Both the position numbers and the translations under genes were made by a program. The notes beneath the pieces were generated by a model that saw only the letters and a program-made list of their open reading frames with translations, made no database searches and was not told the DNA's origin. 53,496 nucleotides of DNA. Origin: Methanobacteriota archaeon (GTDB lineage Archaea; Methanobacteriota_B; Thermococci; Methanofastidiosales; B48-G16). The stretch spans positions 1 to 53,496 of the forward strand of contig JAYEIH010000068.1 of assembly GCA_034659995.1 (NCBI GenBank). The letters are read 5' to 3'. Numbering within the stretch: the first letter of the stretch is position 1; each line of letters starts with the position of its first letter. Shown here piece after piece: positions 33,104-42,586 of the stretch.

Positions 33104-34773
33104 GAGCCAGAAAAGGTCTGGAGGAGGTTATGCCGTACAGTGTTCCCATCTCACGAAGAGGAATGATACGACTCGATCTTAACGAAAATACGCAGTCCTG
33201 TTCTCTGAGGGCTGTAGAAGCTATAAAAGATATTAATTCTGCCGATATTAGCTCTTATCCGGATTACGCTCTGTTGATAGATGATATTTCTACTAATCTT
33301 AGCCTTCAGCCCGCGAGTATACTTCCTACCAATGGAGCCGATGGAGCCATACGCTCAGTAATGGATACGTACATTGCAGAAGATGATAAAATCGTGCTTC
33401 CAACTCCATATTTCAGTATGTATAAGATTATAGCGGAGGTGCGTGGGGCGGAGGTGGTAGCTGTCCCGTATAATGAGGATCTTTCTTTTCCAGAGAAAGC
33501 ATTGCTCGCACAAAGAGGAAAGCTGACGGTAATTGTAAACCCGGGAAATCCTACCGGTTCCCGGATCCCACGAGATACCTTCATTGAGATCATGGGGGAA
33601 GTGGAGGGCATTGTCATTCTCGATGAGGCATACTATCAGTTTGCCGGTGAGTCCTTTATCGATCTCATTGAGCGGTTCGACAACCTCATTGTGATCCACA
33701 CATTCTCAAAGGCCTACGGCCTGGCAGGACTGCGACTGGGATATATTGCCTCTGCCTCTCAAAATATAGAGGAAATACGGAAGGTGAACCCGCCTTTCCC
33801 AGTGAGTTCTGCAGCCGTTGTTGCGGGCAGGGCGGCAATTGCGGATACTGAACACATAAAAAGGGTAGTTACGGAAATACGGAAGGAAAAAGAGTTTCTC
33901 CACACACAGTTAACAAAAATGGGAGTTAAAACCCGCAGAACAAAGACAAACTTCATTTTAGTACAGACCGGAGAGGAAACCAGCAGAGTCTGCAGTGAGC
34001 TGCGGAAACGGGGAATTTTGGTAAAGAATATGAGTACCTTTCCTCTTCTGAAAGGATACCTCCGGGTTACAGTCGGGACTCACACCGGGAATATCGTTTT
34101 ACTGAAGACACTCAGAGAGATACTTCCGCTCCAAGGGATTCTCTTTGATATGGACGGGGTATTGGTGGATGTGGGTGAGTCGTACAGGCGCACGATAAAG
34201 GAGACAGCTGAAGAATTTAGGGGAGAAGAGGTTTCTATGGAGGAGATAGAGGAGTACAAGAAAAGAGGAGGGTACAATAATGACTGGGATCTCACCGAGG
34301 CACTCATTCGGTCCTCAGGAAAGAAAATTCTCAGAGAAACGATCATCGAGCATTTCCAAAGGCGATATTTGGGAAAAAATTTTGATGGCTATATAGCGAA
34401 TGAGCAGTGGCTTCTCGATAAGTCCCTCCTCCGAGAGCTGAGCACTCGGTACTCCCTTGGGATTGTGACGGGAAGGCCGAGAGAGGAGGCGGTATACACG
34501 CTCACCAGGGAAAAAGTAGCCAAGTACTTCGATTGTGTCATTACCATGGATGAAGTACCAGGTAAGGAAAAACCTGATCCCTATGGAATAAGAATGGCAG
34601 TTCAGCAGTTGGATATTTCACGAGCACTGTATCTCGGCGATACCGTTGATGACCTTCGTGCCGCAACTTCTGCAGGTGTTATTCCTGTATCTATCGGTCT
34701 GGGGGGGATAAGGGAGGAAAACGTGGTATATATCTTGAAGAGTGTAAATGAAATAGAGGAGATAGTATGGTAA
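33100..34773 (+). CDS. hisC: histidinol-phosphate aminotransferase fused to a C-terminal HAD-IA phosphatase domain
   Basis: Residues 1 to about 345 are class-II aminotransferase (NPGNPTG, FSKAYGLAGLRLGY). From about 34135 the HAD motifs appear: FDMDGVLVD, GIVTGRPR, KEKPDP, GDTVDD. Confidence 0.85.
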   Translation: MRARKGLEEVMPYSVPISRRGMIRLDLNENTQSCSLRAVEAIKDINSADISSYPDYALLIDDISTNLSLQPASILPTNGADGAIRSVMDTYIAEDDKIVLPTPYFSMYKIIAEVRGAEVVAVPYNEDLSFPEKALLAQRGKLTVIVNPGNPTGSRIPRDTFIEIMGEVEGIVILDEAYYQFAGESFIDLIERFDNLIVIHTFSKAYGLAGLRLGYIASASQNIEEIRKVNPPFPVSSAAVVAGRAAIADTEHIKRVVTEIRKEKEFLHTQLTKMGVKTRRTKTNFILVQTGEETSRVCSELRKRGILVKNMSTFPLLKGYLRVTVGTHTGNIVLLKTLREILPLQGILFDMDGVLVDVGESYRRTIKETAEEFRGEEVSMEEIEEYKKRGGYNNDWDLTEALIRSSGKKILRETIIEHFQRRYLGKNFDGYIANEQWLLDKSLLRELSTRYSLGIVTGRPREEAVYTLTREKVAKYFDCVITMDEVPGKEKPDPYGIRMAVQQLDISRALYLGDTVDDLRAATSAGVIPVSIGLGGIREENVVYILKSVNEIEEIVW

Positions 34774-35357
34774 GAAAAGCTACCGTTGGGAGAAAAACAA
34801 GGGAAACAGAAATAAATGCAGCACTTAAGATTGATGGAGAAGGAACGAGTGAGATAGATACCGGAATAGGATTTTTTACCCATATGCTGGAGACTTTTGC
34901 CAAACATGGGTCTTTTGACCTTGAAATAAAGGTGAAAGGAGATTTAGAGGTGGATCAACACCACACAGTGGAAGATACGGGGATTGTCCTTGGCCAGCTC
35001 TTTAAGGAGGCTCTGAACGATAAAAAAGGAATAAAAAGAGCGGGATTTTTTATTTGCTCCATGGATGAAGCGCTGGTCATGACTGCGGTGGATATATCCA
35101 ATAGGCCGTATTTTTTCATGAATGCAGGGTTTAAAAAGGAAAAAGTTGGAAAATTTTCTACAGAGTTACTAGAGGATTTTTTTAGGGCCTTCGTCACATC
35201 TTTTGGGGCCAGTCTCCACATAGCCGTTATTTATGGTCGTTCAGACCATCACAAGATAGAGGCAGTATTCAAGGCTCTTGGGAGGTCGTTAAAAATGGCA
35301 TGCAGGATTGAGGAAGGGCGCAAGGATCAAACTTTAAGCACGAAGGGGATGTTATGA
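34767..35357 (+). CDS. hisB: imidazoleglycerol-phosphate dehydratase
   Basis: Motifs are GIGFFTHMLE, DQHHTVEDTGI and SDHHKIEA. Confidence 0.9.
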   Translation: MVRKATVGRKTRETEINAALKIDGEGTSEIDTGIGFFTHMLETFAKHGSFDLEIKVKGDLEVDQHHTVEDTGIVLGQLFKEALNDKKGIKRAGFFICSMDEALVMTAVDISNRPYFFMNAGFKKEKVGKFSTELLEDFFRAFVTSFGASLHIAVIYGRSDHHKIEAVFKALGRSLKMACRIEEGRKDQTLSTKGML

Positions 35358-35950
35358 TAGGAATAATTGATTATGGAGCAGGCAATATTCAATCAGTAAA
35401 GAGGACATTGGGATACCTTGGGGAGGAGCCCCAGATGGTTACCTCACCAAAGGACTTTAAGGATGTTCATAAACTCATACTGCCCGGGGTAGGCGCTTTT
35501 CGTTCTGCGGCTGAGCGGCTGAGAGTTTCCGGAATGTACAATCGTGTTGAGGACTGGATACGATCAGAAAAACCCTTTCTGGGCATCTGTCTTGGCATGC
35601 AGCTTCTCTTTGAGGAGAGCGAGGAGGCTGAAGGTACCGATGGATTTGGCGTATTTAAAGGCAGAGTTGTACGATTTAAGGGGCGCAAGGTACCGCAGAT
35701 GGGATGGAACCAGGTGAAAATACAGAAGAACTCCCCCTTAATGAGCGGCATAAAGGATAACTCCTTTTTTTATTTTTTGCATGGGTACCATCTTCAGACA
35801 GAGGAGGATATTGTTGTAGGTACCACGGAGTACGGTGTGAACTATCCTTCTGTCATTGGGGAGGGAAACAGCTATGCGGTTCAGTTTCATCCCGAGAAAA
35901 GCGGTAATACGGGACTTAAACTCCTAAAAAACTGGGTGAGGAAATGTTAG
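35354..35950 (+). CDS. hisH: imidazole glycerol phosphate synthase, glutaminase subunit
   Basis: Motifs are [16 protein letters not shown] and QFHPEKS. Confidence 0.9.
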   Translation: MIGIIDYGAGNIQSVKRTLGYLGEEPQMVTSPKDFKDVHKLILPGVGAFRSAAERLRVSGMYNRVEDWIRSEKPFLGICLGMQLLFEESEEAEGTDGFGVFKGRVVRFKGRKVPQMGWNQVKIQKNSPLMSGIKDNSFFYFLHGYHLQTEEDIVVGTTEYGVNYPSVIGEGNSYAVQFHPEKSGNTGLKLLKNWVRKC

Positions 35951-36696
35951 CGACACGAATAATCTCCTGTCTTGACGTGGATGAAGGCAGGGTAAAAAAG
36001 GGAGTGCAGTTTAAGGAACTTAGAGATGCAGGTGACCCTGTTGAGCTGGCGAGACGGTACAACGGTCAAGGTGCCGATGAACTGACTTTTCTCGATATTG
36101 GCGCATCGTATAAGAGCCGCGAGATCCTTATTGATACGGTAAAAAAGGTATCAGAGGAGGTGTTTATCCCCCTTACCGTTGGAGGCGGGCTTCATACCGT
36201 TGAGGATATGAGAAAGGCACTGAGGGCAGGTGCAGATAAGGTTGCACTGTGCACTGCTGCTCTTCAACGGCCCACCCTTCTCTCCAAAGGTGCACAGGCA
36301 TTTGGATCTCAGTGTGTTGTGCTCTCCATCGATGCGAAGAGAACTGGAAAGCGCTGGTGTGCCTTTACTCATGGAGGACGTAATAATACAGGGGTCAATG
36401 CCGTATCCTGGGCAAAAAAAGGTGAAGAACTGGGTGCAGGCGAGATCCTGCTTAACTCCATGGACAGAGATGGAACGCAGGAGGGATACGATCTTGAGCT
36501 CACAAAGAAAGTCTCTCAGGCCGTAAATATTCCAGTTATTGCCTCCGGAGGAGCGGGTACCCTGGAGCAGGTCTATGAGGCAGTGGCGAAGGGGAAGGCA
36601 GATGCTGTTCTTCTTGCCTCCCTGTTACACTATGGTGATTATACGATTCCAGAGATCAAGGAGTACTTACGAGAGAAAGGAGTGTGCATGAGATGA
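35944..36696 (+). CDS. hisF: imidazole glycerol phosphate synthase, cyclase subunit
   Basis: Motifs are [17 protein letters not shown] and ASGGAG. Confidence 0.9.
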   Translation: MLATRIISCLDVDEGRVKKGVQFKELRDAGDPVELARRYNGQGADELTFLDIGASYKSREILIDTVKKVSEEVFIPLTVGGGLHTVEDMRKALRAGADKVALCTAALQRPTLLSKGAQAFGSQCVVLSIDAKRTGKRWCAFTHGGRNNTGVNAVSWAKKGEELGAGEILLNSMDRDGTQEGYDLELTKKVSQAVNIPVIASGGAGTLEQVYEAVAKGKADAVLLASLLHYGDYTIPEIKEYLREKGVCMR

Positions 36697-37937
36697 TTAT
36701 CTCTTCTATCGATCTTATGGATGGGAAGACCGTGCAGCTCAGACAGGGGGAGAAAAAGATGCTTGAGAGAGAGGATACTTTTGCCCTGGCCAGGAATTTT
36801 GACAGATACGGAAAAATAGCGGTCATCGATCTCGATGCGGCCATGAACAAGGGCAATAATGCCGAGATGATCAAAGAGCTCCTGAGCCGTGGCGAGTGCC
36901 GCGTGGGTGGCGGAGTGCGAACTGTTGAGAAGGCTCGTGAGCTGGTGTCTCTTGGCGCCGAGAAGGTGATTATTGGCTCTAAGGCCTTTGAAAACGATAC
37001 GATTAACCACGCGTTCCTTGAGAAGCTCACAAAGGAAATAGGGGAGTATAGGCTTATTATCGCCATCGATGCTCTCCACAATGAGATCGTGACAGATGCA
37101 TGGAAACATACGACAGGACTTGATCTTTACGAGACCGTGCCCTTTCTTGAGAAGTACGCCTCCGAGTTTCTTTTCACCTGTGTGGAGCGAGAGGGAACAA
37201 TGAAAGGCATTGATATGCCCATGGTGAAAAAACTCACCGAGGTGACGACGCGTGAGCTCACCGTTGCCGGAGGCGTGAGCACCATGGGGGAGGTTGCAGA
37301 ACTTTCAAGATTGGGTGTGGATGCTCAGCTTGGTATGGCGCTCTACAAAGAGAAAATCGATCTCGCAGAGGCCTTTATCGAGTCTCTTTCATGGAAAAGC
37401 GATCTCATCCCAACAATCACGCAGAATACCTCTGGTCAGGTGCTTATGCTTGCGTACAGTAGCAAAGAGTCGCTTAAAAAGGCGTTTGAAACAAGGAAAA
37501 TGTGGTATTTCTCCCGATCTCGAGGGAAACTCTGGCAAAAAGGAGAAAGTTCGGGCAACACTCAGAAGTTTATACGAATGAGAGCAGACTGCGATAGAGA
37601 TGCGGTGCTTACCACTGTGAACCAAAAAGGCGTTGCCTGCCATACCGGCTCGTACTCTTGCTTTGGCGATAAGCATTACGGATTGCATGAACTCCATGCC
37701 GTTCTCAGAGACCGGCTTGAAAAAAAGCCTCAGGGATCGTATACTGCATCTCTTTCCGATGAGCGTCTCAGGGAAAAGATTCTCGAAGAGGCGCAGGAAG
37801 TAATGGAAGCAAGGACAGAAGATGAGGTTATATGGGAAAGTGCGGATGTTATGTATTTTTTGACCGTTCTTCTCGCGAAACACGGCATTTCGGTAGAAGA
37901 CGTACTTAATGAGCTTGCAAGGAGGAGAAAGAAGTGA
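36693..37937 (+). CDS. hisA: trifunctional fusion: ProFAR isomerase (HisA) + PR-AMP cyclohydrolase (HisI) + PR-ATP pyrophosphatase (HisE)
   Basis: The HisA barrel covers residues 1 to about 235. HisI ([28 protein letters not shown]) starts near 37400. The HisE tail is [27 protein letters not shown]. The ATGA overlap start at 36693 is favoured over GTG 36684. Confidence 0.85.
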   Translation: MIISSIDLMDGKTVQLRQGEKKMLEREDTFALARNFDRYGKIAVIDLDAAMNKGNNAEMIKELLSRGECRVGGGVRTVEKARELVSLGAEKVIIGSKAFENDTINHAFLEKLTKEIGEYRLIIAIDALHNEIVTDAWKHTTGLDLYETVPFLEKYASEFLFTCVEREGTMKGIDMPMVKKLTEVTTRELTVAGGVSTMGEVAELSRLGVDAQLGMALYKEKIDLAEAFIESLSWKSDLIPTITQNTSGQVLMLAYSSKESLKKAFETRKMWYFSRSRGKLWQKGESSGNTQKFIRMRADCDRDAVLTTVNQKGVACHTGSYSCFGDKHYGLHELHAVLRDRLEKKPQGSYTASLSDERLREKILEEAQEVMEARTEDEVIWESADVMYFLTVLLAKHGISVEDVLNELARRRKK

Positions 37938-39169
37938 AAATTGTTAGTCCACGAGATCTCGATGACAGGTTCTTTACGTATGAGGAACCTGCGGGGCTCT
38001 CTCGCGTGAGAGAGATCCTCCGTGATGTTCGGAAAAGAGGCGATACGGCGGTGAAGGAGTACACAAAGAAGTTTGATGGAGTTTCTCTGGATAAGCTAAA
38101 AATAGAGAAGAACGAGATAGAGAGAGCCTACAAATGTACCGATAAAGAGGTTATTGTAGCCATGAACACTGCCGCTGAAAATATCGAGAAATTTGCAATG
38201 AAGCAGTTATCTCAGTTTACCGATTTTGAAGAAGAGATTGTTTCCGGTGCAACTGCAGGACAGAGGGTTGTACCCATAGAGAGGGTCGGCATTTATGTTC
38301 CGGGTGGAAAATTCCCTCTTATTTCTTCAGTGCTCATGTGTGCTGTTCCGGCGAAGCTGGCAGGGGTGAAAGAGATCTTGATTTGTTCGCCTCCAGCCTA
38401 CAAAGGCTCTATTCACAACGCAGTTCTCGCAGCAGCGAGTATTGTCGGCGTTGAAGAAGTCTATGCAGTAGGAGGTGCCCAGGCCATTGGAGCGATGGCG
38501 TACGGAACAGAGACTATTTCTCGCGTGGACAAGATTGTGGGACCTGGAAATACGTACGTCACATCAGCAAAAAAGGAAGTTTTTGGAGAAGTAGGGATTG
38601 ACTTCATTGCTGGTCCCACAGAGCTCATGATTATTGCCGACAAGACGGCAGATCCTGCTGTTATTACCGCGGATCTTCTTGCGCAGGCAGAACACGATAA
38701 GGATGCGCTGCCTATTTTGGTCACGCCGTCTTCAGAGCTTGCAGAGGACGTGACTCAAATGATAAAGGAACAGGAGATAGAGAACGGCGGCTTGAGTATT
38801 CTTGTAAAGAGTTTGGATGATGCAATCGGGATTGCAAACAAAAAGGCACCTGAACATATGGAACTCCAGGTAAAAAACGCAGAAAAATATGCGAAAAAGC
38901 TGAGAAATTATGGCTCCCTCTTTATAGGAACCTATAGCTCCGAGGTACTCGGCGATTACAGCAGCGGGCTGAACCATACGTTGCCTACGAATACCTCGGC
39001 CCGGTATACCGGCGGCTTGAGCGTGATGGACTTTCTGAAACTTCAGACAACGCTGAGAGTTACGAAGGAAGGAGGGAGAAAGATAGGTCTCACCGCGAAG
39101 GTACTCGCAGAAACAGAGGGACTGCAGGGGCATGTACGGTCCGTTGATGTGCGGGAGAAGGTACCTTAG
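37934..39169 (+). CDS. hisD: histidinol dehydrogenase
   Basis: 411 aa. Motifs are GPGNTYV, QAEHD and GDY..G.NHTLPT. GTG start with a GTGA overlap. Confidence 0.9.
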   Translation: MKIVSPRDLDDRFFTYEEPAGLSRVREILRDVRKRGDTAVKEYTKKFDGVSLDKLKIEKNEIERAYKCTDKEVIVAMNTAAENIEKFAMKQLSQFTDFEEEIVSGATAGQRVVPIERVGIYVPGGKFPLISSVLMCAVPAKLAGVKEILICSPPAYKGSIHNAVLAAASIVGVEEVYAVGGAQAIGAMAYGTETISRVDKIVGPGNTYVTSAKKEVFGEVGIDFIAGPTELMIIADKTADPAVITADLLAQAEHDKDALPILVTPSSELAEDVTQMIKEQEIENGGLSILVKSLDDAIGIANKKAPEHMELQVKNAEKYAKKLRNYGSLFIGTYSSEVLGDYSSGLNHTLPTNTSARYTGGLSVMDFLKLQTTLRVTKEGGRKIGLTAKVLAETEGLQGHVRSVDVREKVP

Positions 39170-39549
39170 GTTCCTTTCATTTTCTTAAATTCCTCGCGGA
39201 TAGCAGCGGTATTGTAAATAATCGTCAACTGCTGTATCTTGCCGTCACTGGCAAACTGAACGATGTCAACACACTCAAAGGAGGTGATCGTGCCGTTTTT
39301 CAGGGTCCAGGTATACAAAAAATGAACAGCACCGGTGCGGCCGTTGTTTTTGGCTGTAAAGAGATTCAGAGGCGTTATCGTTGATTTTTGGGTGTCCTCA
39401 AAGAGATCACGATAGAATAACGAAGCGTCCATTCTTCCATAGAGAGGAGAGACAACGACAGCATTTTCTGCGAAAAGGCTCATCACCTCATCGTAACTCT
39501 CATTTTCCAGTGCCTTCACATATCGAGAGAGTGTTTTTTCAATCTTCAT
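39166..39549 (-). CDS. NTF2-like/SnoaL-like fold protein
   Basis: MKIEKTLSRYVKALENESYDEVMSLFAENAVVVSP is a typical SnoaL-like N-terminus. The longest ORF extends to 39627 and overlaps the upstream gene. Confidence 0.55.
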   Translation of the reverse strand: MKIEKTLSRYVKALENESYDEVMSLFAENAVVVSPLYGRMDASLFYRDLFEDTQKSTITPLNLFTAKNNGRTGAVHFLYTWTLKNGTITSFECVDIVQFASDGKIQQLTIIYNTAAIREEFKKMKGT

Positions 39550-39580
39550 ACCATCACATCCAGCGTATCCAATTAGTATT

Positions 39581-40069
39581 TTATGTTTTTTCTTCAAAAG
39601 TACCAGTTTTCTTATTTTTTCGAACATTGTCCCATGGAAAGTATTTCCCGTTCATCGCCACGTATACGCCGTGAGGCAGTGCCTGGACAAAGGAGAGAGC
39701 ACTACCCAGATTGAACAATCCGTCGGAACTTCCGAACTTGTAGGGAATCATTGCGCCGGTTAGTACGATTGTTTTTTCTTTTATCTCTTCTGCAAGAATT
39801 TTGGCAGTTTTTACCATGGTATCTGTACCATGGGTAACAACAATTCTGTTTTCTTTTGTCTTTTTACAGTTTTCAAGGATAATCTCTCTATCGGCAGCTG
39901 TCATATCCAGACTGTCGATCATCATAAGCGTTCTGATGGAAACGTTGAGCTTACATCGTCCTAACTTTAACATTTCAGCCACATGTGTATCTCTGAAGAA
40001 GAGCTCCCCAGTTATTTCATTGTACTCCTTGTCGAATGTTCCGCCAGTTACAAAGATCCGTACTGTCAT
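39581..40069 (-). CDS. asparaginase-family protein consisting of the N-terminal catalytic domain only
   Basis: 162 aa. Motifs are VTGGTFDK (TGGT), THGTDTM (HGTDT) and VLTGAMIP. Confidence 0.6.
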   Translation of the reverse strand: MTVRIFVTGGTFDKEYNEITGELFFRDTHVAEMLKLGRCKLNVSIRTLMMIDSLDMTAADREIILENCKKTKENRIVVTHGTDTMVKTAKILAEEIKEKTIVLTGAMIPYKFGSSDGLFNLGSALSFVQALPHGVYVAMNGKYFPWDNVRKNKKTGTFEEKT

Positions 40070-40140
40070 AATAGCAGTAGCTGCGGTACTTTATAAATAT
40101 TTTTGTCTATTGATACCTTCTTTCTTTTCTGTTAGACGGG

Positions 40141-41025
40141 TTACTGCGGTGCCGTTCTTCTGTAGCGCTGAATGAGGATACCGGTTACTATGAGAAATAG
40201 TCCGGCTATTGTCGAGGGGAGTATTTCTTCTCCGAGTATAAGATGGATGAAGATGAGTGAGATAAACGGGAAGAGAAATATGAGATTGCTCACCGTGGCC
40301 GTTGTCTCCGAGAGTTTTAGGGCTTTGAGCCAGAGCACGAATGTAATGCCCATCTCAAAGATTCCCACGTATGCAACACCGATCAGCCCATTGATATGTG
40401 GGACCCTTATCTCGGAAAAGAGAACTATGGAGATCAGAACAAAAACAAAGGTAAATGAAAAATTAAGGAAGAGTTTTGCCACCTCATCCCTTTCATCTCT
40501 TAGGTTAGCGATCCAGAATAGAGACCAGATCACCGAGGAGCCGAGGGCCAGTGCCACACCAAAAGGTTCTGAGATTTTCAGAGCCGTCAGATCACCTCGT
40601 GTTCCGATAATAACCACACCAGAGAAGCTGATAAGAATCGCAAGGATTTCTCTAAGCCCTATTTTCTGACCGAGGAGAGGAATAGACAGAAGAACAAGAA
40701 TTACCGGCCAGGTGCAGTTCAACGGCTGCGCCACCTGTGCCGGAAGGAGCGAGTATGCTTTGAAGAGTATAAGGTAGTAAAGAAAGGGGTTTAACGCACT
40801 GAGCAGTAATGAATGAAGATACTGCCGTTTTGAGTACCTTCGGAGAAGGGTAAGCTTTCCCTGAGCAAACAGTATGATGAAGAGAACAATGCTTGAGGTA
40901 AGGGAGGCATAAAATAGAAGGTGGAGATAGTCTACGTATCGTAAGGAAATTTTAAAGGCAGTAGCTACCGTAGACCATGCCAGCACCGCACCAAACGCAT
41001 AGAGATACGCTCTTTCTTTCATCAT
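40141..41025 (-). CDS. EamA/DMT family transporter
   Basis: 294 aa with 10 predicted TM helices in two EamA-like halves. Confidence 0.8.
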   Translation of the reverse strand: MMKERAYLYAFGAVLAWSTVATAFKISLRYVDYLHLLFYASLTSSIVLFIILFAQGKLTLLRRYSKRQYLHSLLLSALNPFLYYLILFKAYSLLPAQVAQPLNCTWPVILVLLSIPLLGQKIGLREILAILISFSGVVIIGTRGDLTALKISEPFGVALALGSSVIWSLFWIANLRDERDEVAKLFLNFSFTFVFVLISIVLFSEIRVPHINGLIGVAYVGIFEMGITFVLWLKALKLSETTATVSNLIFLFPFISLIFIHLILGEEILPSTIAGLFLIVTGILIQRYRRTAPQ

Positions 41026-41060
41026 TGGACTTTTTTGAGAGTATATAATGTTGTTGTATG

Positions 41061-41498
41061 TTAATACTTTGTGACAATAAGAATCGTATTTGTTCGTTCT
41101 ACAAGGTTTAACTCGAGCATTTCATTGACAAAATTATCCAGATCTTTTGCATTTTTAAATCTCACTCTAATCATCAAATCGTACTCTCCTGTTATTTCAT
41201 AGGTAAAATCAACATTTTCATGCTTTCTGAGCATCTCCCCCAATTTTCGTTGGTTTCCATCTTTTACCCTTATTTTTATAAAAGTATTCATCGTATATCC
41301 CAGTTTTTCATAGTCTACATCGATAGTGTATCTCTTAATGATTTTCCGTTCTTCCATAGATTTTATCCTGTTCAAAATAGTTGCAGGGGTTTTTTTGAGT
41401 ATTTTGGAGAGTTTTCTGTATGTTATTCGTGAGTTTTTATTCAGTTCCTTTAGTATCCCATGATCCAGTTCATCTATCTCTCCGAGTTTTGCACGCAT
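41061..41498 (-). CDS. Lrp/AsnC family transcriptional regulator
   Basis: LDHGILKELNKNSRITYRKLSKILKKTPATILNRIKSMEE is followed by a RAM domain. ATG 41498 is favoured as start over TTG 41567. Confidence 0.85.
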   Translation of the reverse strand: MRAKLGEIDELDHGILKELNKNSRITYRKLSKILKKTPATILNRIKSMEERKIIKRYTIDVDYEKLGYTMNTFIKIRVKDGNQRKLGEMLRKHENVDFTYEITGEYDLMIRVRFKNAKDLDNFVNEMLELNLVERTNTILIVTKY

Positions 41499-41637
41499 AC
41501 TCTCTTTTTTGCATTTTTGTTTAAAAACCTTTTGTTTCTTTATAAAAACGTTTAATAAAACGACCAAAAATTATATAAATGGCTGTCGCGGAGAGTACAT
41601 ACAAGGATACTGCTAAGAGTATACAGGAGGAATATAT

Positions 41638-42582
41638 ATGGACATAAAGGAAATAAGAAAAGCTATGGAAAAGTACGGAGTACCGGGAAGAGATTTATAC
41701 GAACTGCCGACCTCTTCTCTGACATTCCCGGATGGTGCAAACTACAGAATGGAAGTTTCCGGAGTGGAACATCTCTCCACCCTTGAGGCTTTGGTGGATG
41801 AGATGGAAGAAAGAGATATACCCATCCATCGACTGATAAGCACTGTGATGGGCTCCACCTACTTAGATGACGAGGAACTCGAAGATTTTGCGAAGCTTGC
41901 AAAGGAAAAGAACATGGAGGTTATTATAACACCCGGACCCAGGAGTGGATGGGATACAGGAAGACAGATAGCAACTCCAGAAGGAGCACTTTCCGGAGCA
42001 AGGACCCGAGGGAGTGACAATCTCTCGTACTTTATTGCAGACATAATGCGGTGTGCAGAAATGGGGTTCAGAGGATTTCTTGTTATGGATGAAGGGGCTC
42101 TATGGTTGGTCTCAAAGTTGAGAGAAGATGGCCTCATACCCAAAGATACGGTATTTAAGGTCTCCATATATGCCGGACATGGAAATGCAGCAGGTGCGAA
42201 GGTACTGGAATCGCTGGGAGCAGATACATTCAATCCACTGGGCGATCTATCCCTCCCGATGTTTGCGTCGATTAGAAAGGCCGTAAAGATACCGCTTGAT
42301 GTTCACATAATCCTTTCAGAGTCAATGGGAGGATTTAACAGGATGTGGGAAGGAGCAGAGTTGGCACGTCTTACTTCACCCTGCTACTTCAAGATAGAAC
42401 CCGGAACAGCCCTGGCGATAGGCAGCGGACTTTACAGACCATGGACCTCGGAGGACCTTCTTGCAAATCTGGTACGGGAGAAGGTGAAGTATGCGGAGAC
42501 GATCAGGAATCTGATAGATCAGATCAATCCCGAGCTTACAATCTCGAAGCAGGGTCCAAAGGATCTGGCAGTACCAAAGTGA
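41638..42582 (+). CDS. conserved hypothetical protein (possibly TIM-barrel-like), first gene of the AOR operon
   Basis: 314 aa with an AGGAGG SD. No family recognised by eye. It ends 4 nt before AOR. Confidence 0.4.
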   Translation: MDIKEIRKAMEKYGVPGRDLYELPTSSLTFPDGANYRMEVSGVEHLSTLEALVDEMEERDIPIHRLISTVMGSTYLDDEELEDFAKLAKEKNMEVIITPGPRSGWDTGRQIATPEGALSGARTRGSDNLSYFIADIMRCAEMGFRGFLVMDEGALWLVSKLREDGLIPKDTVFKVSIYAGHGNAAGAKVLESLGADTFNPLGDLSLPMFASIRKAVKIPLDVHIILSESMGGFNRMWEGAELARLTSPCYFKIEPGTALAIGSGLYRPWTSEDLLANLVREKVKYAETIRNLIDQINPELTISKQGPKDLAVPK

Positions 42583-42586
42583 TAAT

